From a virus: DNA of 64,000 nt. Below are positions 58,289-64,000 of this stretch, one piece after another (position 1 is the stretch's first letter; each line of letters opens with the position of its first letter). Under the pieces are notes generated by a model. It did not search any database and was not told the origin of the DNA. It was given only the letters and a program-made list of their open reading frames with translations. A program made the translations under genes and the position numbers. The DNA is taken from IMG/VR virus record IMGVR_UViG_3300020724_000005; one strand, written 5' to 3'.

Positions 58289-59053
58289 TTAGTTTTTTCT
58301 TCCCCACTGTATGCCTTCTTTTCCGCTTTGCAACCACATCTTTACGTAGTTCTTTTGTCTTTCTGTGGCTTTGTATCCTTGCTTTTTTATAGAGTTCATG
58401 ATCCCATCTAGGTAATCATCTTGCTTGCTCCTCTTTGCTATGTTGTTCACTCTGTTCCACTCTTGCTCTCCAAACGGCTGTAAATTCTTCCAATCTTCTT
58501 TTAGAAAGTCTGATAGCTTTATCGTCTTGCTCTCTTTAATGCTAGCAAGAGCTTTTAATTCTTTGTTTGCGTCGTCTATTTTATAGAGGTATTTTTTTAT
58601 CTTTGTAGAAAAGAAACTTACTATCTTATTGAGGTACAATTTGACTTTATCTGCAGTTGATGCTTCAGATAGTTTTCCTATGGTAAATCTAGTGGATACT
58701 TTTCTTACAGTAGACTCTTCTTCTTCTAGCTTCTTACAAACTGCTTTTGTAGCTTCATTCAGCTTGGTTAGCGCATATTCATATGCTTTTTTATATTTGT
58801 GAACTTGAGACTCATATGCCGGTTGCTTAATAGTTATTATGTAATACTCTGAAACCGCTGTTTTTTCTTCAAGCTGCTTCATTGTTTCAAACATCGGAGC
58901 TAGATCTTTTGCAAATTCACCATATTTTTTTTCCATAACTTTCATTCTGTCAGACAGCTCATCTATCTCATTTTGTAGATGGTAGAATTTTTCTAGTTGT
59001 GCAACTATTGCTGGATCCTGGATCTCAATTTCTTTAAGGTAGTTTTTTTTCAT
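58289..59053 (-). CDS. hypothetical coiled-coil protein with an internal leader-like motif
   Basis: 254 aa. Residues 177-186 read TIKLSDFLKE, encoded by ACG ATA AAG CTA... at 58496..58525. Confidence 0.55.
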   Translation of the reverse strand: MKKNYLKEIEIQDPAIVAQLEKFYHLQNEIDELSDRMKVMEKKYGEFAKDLAPMFETMKQLEEKTAVSEYYIITIKQPAYESQVHKYKKAYEYALTKLNEATKAVCKKLEEEESTVRKVSTRFTIGKLSEASTADKVKLYLNKIVSFFSTKIKKYLYKIDDANKELKALASIKESKTIKLSDFLKEDWKNLQPFGEQEWNRVNNIAKRSKQDDYLDGIMNSIKKQGYKATERQKNYVKMWLQSGKEGIQWGRKN

Positions 59054-59262
59054 CTCTTTTCTTTTTTAGGACGTAATAAGATATATAAACCAAAGAACAA
59101 TCCCGCTATACAGTACAAAACGAAGTTTGCTCTCCATAAACTTCCTGTCTTTAGAAATAGCCAATATTGAACTGCATCGAACCCAAACGGGTTGAAGAAC
59201 ATCGCTGCCATCAGACAGATCGTTGCCAAGTTTTGTTTTAGTGTTTTGTTCCAAGTATTCAT
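59050..59262 (-). CDS. small two-TM membrane protein (holin-like)
   Basis: 70 aa with TM segments LATICLMAAMFFNPFGF and FVLYCIAGLFFGLYILL and a charged C-terminus RPKKEKR. Confidence 0.4.
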   Translation of the reverse strand: MNTWNKTLKQNLATICLMAAMFFNPFGFDAVQYWLFLKTGSLWRANFVLYCIAGLFFGLYILLRPKKEKR

Positions 59263-59310
59263 GTCTACTATCGGGGTCCATATTACGGGGTTAACGTTAA
59301 CAATACAAGA

Positions 59311-59955
59311 TCAATTCATAGAGAACTTGAATCCTGTTAATTTTTCAACATCTGCGATTTGTACCTTCCAGTGGTCTATCCCTTTAGGTTTATCTGTCGT
59401 GTTATCAAATATGTAAGCTTCATACGCCTTTGTCTTTTTTACATAGATCACCTTCCAACATTTAGTAGGCACGGTAGTAGTTCCTATCTTTTTTGCAGAT
59501 CCAATAGAACCACACCAAACGTAGACTGAATCTTGGTTGTCTACTATAAGCCTTGTTTTCGTTTCCAATGACTTCCAATCTCCAGCATTCAGAGAGTGGT
59601 ATTGAGCCGCCATGTTTGAGAAATAAAAACACTCTGCTTGTTGTTTTGCGCCAAAGCAAAGGTTGTCTGCTGCTGGACACATATGGCCACGGTCTGTGCC
59701 TGAACCAACATAGTCCTTTGCCAAATTCGTTTCTGAAGGAAGAAGAGGATCTGGAGCAAATTGGTCTTTCCTTGCCAGGGGACTTTTGCAACCAACTCTC
59801 GCTTTTGTGTCCCACCATTGAACCAAAACTGGGTAATGAAAGGACTTACTGTACGTGGTCTTGTATGCCTCGTGTACTAAAGTTACTGTGTCTTGTGCTG
59901 AGCTGGTTAGTATGCAAAACAGTATTGCTGCAACCGTAGCGATTATATTTTTCAT
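59311..59955 (-). CDS. secreted DNA/RNA non-specific endonuclease (Serratia NucA-like)
   Basis: Signal peptide MKNIIATVAAILFCILTSSA|QD. Active-site motif DRGHMCPAAD and FYFSNMAAQ. Confidence 0.75.
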   Translation of the reverse strand: MKNIIATVAAILFCILTSSAQDTVTLVHEAYKTTYSKSFHYPVLVQWWDTKARVGCKSPLARKDQFAPDPLLPSETNLAKDYVGSGTDRGHMCPAADNLCFGAKQQAECFYFSNMAAQYHSLNAGDWKSLETKTRLIVDNQDSVYVWCGSIGSAKKIGTTTVPTKCWKVIYVKKTKAYEAYIFDNTTDKPKGIDHWKVQIADVEKLTGFKFSMN

Positions 59956-59959
59956 GTTT

Positions 59960-60559
59960 TTATTTTAAAAGTGAATAATACTCATTGAAGTGTTTGATTC
60001 TATCGTCATTTCCTATAGTCCCACCGTTCACTCTCTTTGTGATCTTGGTGACTGTATCAACTGTTGCGCCTTCGTCTGCTATCTTGTGAAGACCGTTTTT
60101 GTGGAAGAACCACGCTGCAGAAGCCAAAGGGTATTTAGTTGCTACCAGATCAGGACTAGCCACACAATCTTCGTTTATTGCTTTTGAAAACGCAGCGTAG
60201 TTGTCTTTTCCTGTCAGTTGAATACAGCCGCGACCACGGAATTTGTATCCTTCTCCAGATGATTCAGGACCGTTGCCCATGCGGCCTCCATAGACTAAAT
60301 TAGCTATCTTTTCGGGTTTTCTTTCATACTCCAAAGCTTTTGCGTCTGTTGGGAAATACTTGCCGAATATGCTACGAAGTCCTTTTGCTCCGTAATTCAG
60401 ATTCTCGTTTAACACTTTGAAACCACCTGATTCGTGTCCTGCTTGAGCAAGGAAATGCGCTAAACGCAGCGGGGTGTTCAATTCAAACTTTGCCATCGTA
60501 TCTGGCAGTTGAGCGATGATGTTGTCTGGAACGTGTCCTTTTAAACTCTCTAGATTCAT
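59960..60559 (-). CDS. endolysin, glycoside hydrolase family 19 (chitinase-like)
   Basis: LAHFLAQAGHESGGF, YKFRGRGCIQLTGKDNY. Confidence 0.8.
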   Translation of the reverse strand: MNLESLKGHVPDNIIAQLPDTMAKFELNTPLRLAHFLAQAGHESGGFKVLNENLNYGAKGLRSIFGKYFPTDAKALEYERKPEKIANLVYGGRMGNGPESSGEGYKFRGRGCIQLTGKDNYAAFSKAINEDCVASPDLVATKYPLASAAWFFHKNGLHKIADEGATVDTVTKITKRVNGGTIGNDDRIKHFNEYYSLLK

Positions 60560-60574
60560 ACTTTATTTTTGTTT

Positions 60575-61282
60575 TTATTTTTTAAAATAGTAGGCGTGTA
60601 TCATGTCTGCCGTCATTCCAAGCACTGCTGCTACAAGACCGCCTTCTATGAATGCCCTTGTGGTTTTGTACCTGGTAGCTTTCTCTTCATATTCAAGCTT
60701 GTACTTATAGTCCTCAAGTTTCATCTCTGTCGTGGTCTTGTATAGTTCAAACTTACCTTGTACATCTGTCTTTGACATATCTACCCTCAGTCTTTCAAAG
60801 TCTAACCGGTAGTTCATAGCCTTGATGGTATCATTCAGACTAGCAACATTCTGGGTCAGCTTGTAGTTCTTATCGGCTATCAAGTTCAGTTCACCTTCAA
60901 GATCTCTGTTCTTTATCCATACAGCATGACTATAATCACTCAAGAAAAGATTGGCAGCATTTAAAGTATCTACCAACCTATGGAAACTCTTCATGCTATC
61001 TTTGAACATCGTAAACCTTCTGTTCATGTCCTTTCCTTGCTGTACTGTCATCACTACTACTGTATCATCATCCAGGATCCTAGTCATGGGGTATTGCGCC
61101 TGTGATTTAGGAGTCGGAAGCGCTGTCGGTAATTGAGCAGTATTCAGGGCAGGTGTAGCCGTAACACTATTCGTTATCGCCGGAACTGGGTTTGCTGTCG
61201 CTATTTGGTTCGTTGACTGGCAGTAGGTTGAAATGCTTATTAACATTAACAACAGTGTCACCAAGCTTCGCTTTAAGTTCAT
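60575..61282 (-). CDS. lipoprotein-signal plus C-terminal-TM protein (spanin-like)
   Basis: MNLKRSLVTLLLMLISISTYC|QS, a Pro-rich linker, a coiled coil, and the C-terminal TM segment GGLVAAVLGMTADMI. Its start is embedded 116 nt inside 61167..61580. Confidence 0.45.
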   Translation of the reverse strand: MNLKRSLVTLLLMLISISTYCQSTNQIATANPVPAITNSVTATPALNTAQLPTALPTPKSQAQYPMTRILDDDTVVVMTVQQGKDMNRRFTMFKDSMKSFHRLVDTLNAANLFLSDYSHAVWIKNRDLEGELNLIADKNYKLTQNVASLNDTIKAMNYRLDFERLRVDMSKTDVQGKFELYKTTTEMKLEDYKYKLEYEEKATRYKTTRAFIEGGLVAAVLGMTADMIHAYYFKK

Positions 61283-61580
61283 TGTTTTCTTTTTTTAATA
61301 CTTTGACTTCTGTATGTAAAACTTCTATATTCTTTGCAGTTTTTTCGACTTTTGTGATGATCATAGAATCGCTTTTTATGCTCTTCTGTCCCATAGATAT
61401 CACGTTCTTTTTACTCTTTTCCAGTATGGTATCTACAGGTAATACGTCTGCTTGAGGAGCTGATACCGTAGTTGAGTCTTTGTGGGAGATGTATTTATCT
61501 TTCAAAGACATCAACTGATTTCTTCCAAAAAAGGCTGCTGCAGCTAAAGCTGATATCGCCATCACTATTTTCTGTTTCAT
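61167..61580 (-). CDS. N-terminal TM plus coiled-coil protein (i-spanin-like)
   Basis: MKQKIVMAISALAAAAFF, then the coiled coil EVLHTEVKVLKKENNELKAKL. Confidence 0.45.
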   Translation of the reverse strand: MKQKIVMAISALAAAAFFGRNQLMSLKDKYISHKDSTTVSAPQADVLPVDTILEKSKKNVISMGQKSIKSDSMIITKVEKTAKNIEVLHTEVKVLKKENNELKAKLGDTVVNVNKHFNLLPVNEPNSDSKPSSGDNE

Positions 61581-61582
61581 TC

Positions 61583-61924
61583 CTACTTTATTTTACCGAG
61601 TTGTTGTAACACCGCTATTTTGGATTCAGCCGCTGCTAAAGTGCTATCAGATCTTCTAAGTTGATTGCTTAAGTTCTCTACTCTGACTTCTAACGCCTGT
61701 ATCTTTTTGCTTTGGTTTTCTATCTGGCCAGTATAATTCATCTTGCCATCTACGTATAAATATCCGATCGCGATGAGAACTATGAATAACATCCCTTTTA
61801 CAGGATCTTTACTGAAGTCCTTGAAGCTTATCGGCATCAATGAAGGTGCTTTGACAGCAGTCTCTTTGGGCACAACAGCTTTAGGCTTTGCAGCCTTAGG
61901 CTTTACAGTTTTAACAGTAGTCAT
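61583..61924 (-). CDS. single-TM coiled-coil membrane protein (holin/antiholin or spanin-like)
   Basis: 113 aa with a Lys-rich N-terminus, TM segment MLFIVLIAIGYLYV, and a coiled-coil C-terminus. Confidence 0.4.
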   Translation of the reverse strand: MTTVKTVKPKAAKPKAVVPKETAVKAPSLMPISFKDFSKDPVKGMLFIVLIAIGYLYVDGKMNYTGQIENQSKKIQALEVRVENLSNQLRRSDSTLAAAESKIAVLQQLGKIK

Positions 61925-61940
61925 TTAGATAGGGTTTGAT

Positions 61941-61948
61941 ATAAATAT
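61941..61948 (-). promoter_or_regulatory. GATATTTAT(A/T)A-type motif copy
   Basis: ATAAATATC, 16 nt upstream of ATG 61924. Confidence 0.4.
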
Positions 61949-61966
61949 CGAAGTGTTTTCGTAACC

Positions 61967-62437
61967 TTATGATTTTACAAGCTTAGTCTTATCTACAAAA
62001 TCTGCTCTTCTTACTGATGGTATCTTTCTGACTCTGTCTTCTATTGTTTTTATAGTACTTGTGTCAAAAGTTTCAAATGGGGCTGGGTCTATCTTGATGC
62101 TGATGTCCACAACATACTTTTTTAACCTTGCTGCCGATGGCTGACGGTTATTTGTAACACGTACGATGGTAACTCCAGTTAGAGCCCTGATGTCAGAGAG
62201 GATGTCTGCAAGTGATCTCTTTGTAGTATCTGCCATGAGTCTGCCTTCTATCTGATAGATCTTAGGACTGAATGTTTCTTTGACAGTAGAATTTATATCT
62301 TTAGCCGCTTTCACAGCTTTTTTATATGCTTTACTGCCTTTACGAGCAGGTTTCTCTCCCCTAGCTCTTTTTGCTCGGATGTTCGCCCAGAGTCCAGGCT
62401 TTTCTATTTCCTTCAGTATGTCTATGAGCTTTATCAT
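61967..62437 (-). CDS. leader-bearing protein (MIKLIDILKE...)
   Basis: I moved the start to ATG 62437, which forms an ATGA overlap with the stop of 62434..62691. The N-terminus is MIKLIDILKEIEKPGLWANIRAKRARG. Confidence 0.6.
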   Translation of the reverse strand: MIKLIDILKEIEKPGLWANIRAKRARGEKPARKGSKAYKKAVKAAKDINSTVKETFSPKIYQIEGRLMADTTKRSLADILSDIRALTGVTIVRVTNNRQPSAARLKKYVVDISIKIDPAPFETFDTSTIKTIEDRVRKIPSVRRADFVDKTKLVKS

Positions 62438-62691
62438 GTCTTTTTTATCTTTATCTTTACGGATCCGGTTCCTTTTATAGCACGATGCCAAACCCCTCTT
62501 GGTATAAATATCTCTCCTTTCATCTTTACAGGTATCTGGTTGTCCATTTGAAACTTCCAGTCTGTGTCTCCTACCACCTCTATCAACCTATCTTCCTGAT
62601 CTCTGTGCCACTTAAGCTCTATAGGATCTATGTTCTCATCGAACTCTCTGATCAGGACTTCATCTTCCAAAATGTCTTTATATGGCCTCAT
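62434..62691 (-). CDS. hypothetical small protein
   Basis: 85-aa ORF. Confidence 0.45.
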   Translation of the reverse strand: MRPYKDILEDEVLIREFDENIDPIELKWHRDQEDRLIEVVGDTDWKFQMDNQIPVKMKGEIFIPRGVWHRAIKGTGSVKIKIKKT

Positions 62692-62693
62692 GT

Positions 62694-63290
62694 CTACCAG
62701 TATCCTGAAAAGTTACTCTTCAATCCCAACAGCTTTGCGTATCGCGGAAGTCTGCACGCCCAGTACCCAGCATGTGTCTTGTCTTTCTTCTGAGCGCATT
62801 TGTGTCTCGCTGCGAAGCTCTTTCTTGCTGCTGGGTTGTTGATCTTTGCGCTAAGTCCTGTCGTGTCTCCAAAGCTGACCTTCTTTATTCCGCCTGTCTT
62901 TGGATTCCTTACGAACACATAGAACTTCTTAGATCCTCCTCTGTGTGGTTTGTTCAAAGCCGGCTGTTTCTTTTTTGACTTTGCCTTTGCTTCGAGTAAA
63001 AAATCTCTCGTCATCGGATAGTCTAGCGGAACTGTAATGCCTTTGTAGTTTCCGGTCAATCCTAGGTCAGTTTCTGTCAGGTACCATATATCTTCATCGC
63101 CCAACGACAAAAGTCCCCTATTTAGCAACTGGCGCGCTTCTGTGAACAGGGCTACGAAGTTTGCTGACTGAGGACGATATATGTTTTCGTTCAAGTCGAT
63201 GGAATTGTCCAAATGGTAAGCAAGCCCCTCAGATATAAGGAGCTTATTTGCAGTTTCATGTAAAGTTATCTTGCCTCTATTGCAACACAT
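62694..63290 (-). CDS. conserved hypothetical protein
   Basis: 198 aa. KKFYVFVRNPKTGGIKKVSFGD...FAARHKC...AGYWACRL resembles a domain I recall from marine phages and giant viruses. Confidence 0.45.
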   Translation of the reverse strand: MCCNRGKITLHETANKLLISEGLAYHLDNSIDLNENIYRPQSANFVALFTEARQLLNRGLLSLGDEDIWYLTETDLGLTGNYKGITVPLDYPMTRDFLLEAKAKSKKKQPALNKPHRGGSKKFYVFVRNPKTGGIKKVSFGDTTGLSAKINNPAARKSFAARHKCAQKKDKTHAGYWACRLPRYAKLLGLKSNFSGYW

Positions 63291-63291
63291 G

Positions 63292-63666
63292 TTAGTGTAA
63301 GTATTGTAGTTTGTAAAGTGTTGTCTCTATCAGCTGGTAGATCTCATCTATCAAGTTCTGGAGGTATGTGTCATCTTGCAGCATCGTTCTAGTCCTCTCT
63401 ACATACTGGGAAAGCGCCTTGAAGTATATGACTGGGTTGCCGTCCTCTCTGAAAGTTGTAGGACCGTCGTATCCTGTGATTATGCCGTATTTGCCTTGGA
63501 AAGCTTCTACAAATTCATCGACTGCATCAACTATCTCATCATAGTATTCATTGAGCGCTTTATGCTCAGCAAAAGAAGATTCGTCCTGTACTTGCCAGTG
63601 AAATATATGAGCCTGTGTTCTTGATGCCAGAAGGGTTGATATGAACTTTGCTACTGTTGGATTCAT
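63292..63666 (-). CDS. Dps/ferritin-like four-helix protein (tentative)
   Basis: I chose ATG 63666. AHIFHWQVQDESSFAEHKALNEYYDEIVDAVDEFVE resembles the Dps HW...F..H...Y motif. Confidence 0.35.
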   Translation of the reverse strand: MNPTVAKFISTLLASRTQAHIFHWQVQDESSFAEHKALNEYYDEIVDAVDEFVEAFQGKYGIITGYDGPTTFREDGNPVIYFKALSQYVERTRTMLQDDTYLQNLIDEIYQLIETTLYKLQYLH

Positions 63667-63667
63667 G

Positions 63668-64000
63668 CTATAATTCCATTTTTTTAATAGTATTTGTAAC
63701 AAATCTTGCTGCATCTTTAATAGAATATTCAAACTCTTTTGCTATCCTTTTTAAAAATGTTTCAACCATTTTTTCCTCAAGTGACAGACTTTTAACAGCT
63801 TCATTCACTTTTTTCTTCTTTCCGTCTTCTTGCTCTTCTGATTCTTCTTCTTTCTTAGACTTAGAAACTTTTTCGAGTTTATCCATCAGGTCTTCTATCT
63901 TGCCTTGGATCTGGGATATGTGTTGTTTGTGTTCTCCTGCATGGTCCGGATTCTCCTTTGCCATCTTCATGTGGTCTTTTCTTTTAGATTCCAGCTTATC
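63668..64000 (-). CDS. hypothetical protein, possibly 5'-partial (frame is open to the right edge)
   Basis: The track ORF 63668..63970 has no upstream stop before position 64000. Confidence 0.4.
   Translation of the reverse strand, partial: DKLESKRKDHMKMAKENPDHAGEHKQHISQIQGKIEDLMDKLEKVSKSKKEEESEEQEDGKKKKVNEAVKSLSLEEKMVETFLKRIAKEFEYSIKDAARFVTNTIKKMEL

Noticed and set aside
59290-59301. A perfect 12-bp palindrome, GTTAACGTTAAC, in the gap between the nuclease gene and the two-TM gene.
   Set aside because: About 16 perfect 12-bp palindromes are expected by chance in 64 kb, and no second copy or associated pattern was seen.

Overview
This window is a segment of a large tailed dsDNA phage (contractile-tail myovirus). 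It is almost entirely minus-strand coding; 45814..46446 is the only convincing plus-strand gene. From left to right it holds four modules. (1) Replication and nucleotide metabolism: a family A DNA polymerase (partial at the left edge), class II ribonucleotide reductase, gp41/DnaB-like helicase, flap endonuclease, RecA-like protein, gp32-like SSB, and a second, minimal PolA-like polymerase. (2) Tail and baseplate: a hub protein with a tail-lysozyme domain, a LysM protein, tape measure, tube, sheath, beta-helix fibres and a 1403-aa fibre. (3) A head module in T4 order: large terminase, portal, core proteins, gp21-like prohead protease, scaffold, gp23-like major capsid protein, with PhoH nearby. 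(4) Small genes, a lysis cassette (GH19 endolysin, membrane and coiled-coil proteins, secreted nuclease) and small accessory genes. No tRNA, rRNA or CRISPR array was seen. Start regions are A/T-rich and lack Shine-Dalgarno sequences, which suggests a Bacteroidota-type host (inference). Selfish elements are very dense: a fractured nrdJ (canonical split intein plus Vsr-like HEG), an atypically split TerL intein plus a PD-(D/E)xK HEG, a contiguous HNH-containing intein in the portal gene, and four free-standing HEGs (2 GIY-YIG, 2 HNH). Four things look most worth follow-up. (a) The flap-endonuclease gene is a single reading frame interrupted by one UAA in a CUU-UAA-CUC context next to an HNH HEG and a strong hairpin, making it a stop-hopping or bypass candidate. 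(b) A structured 5' leader with complementary (kissing) hairpin loops recurs upstream of three HEGs with covarying sequences. (c) Six or seven otherwise unrelated proteins share the N-terminal decapeptide M(I)KLIDLLKE, which resembles a T4-type capsid-targeting/propeptide signal. (d) An orientation-specific intergenic motif, GATATTTAT(A/T)A, occurs in more than 20 copies. All functional calls come from motif reading by eye; no database search was run.
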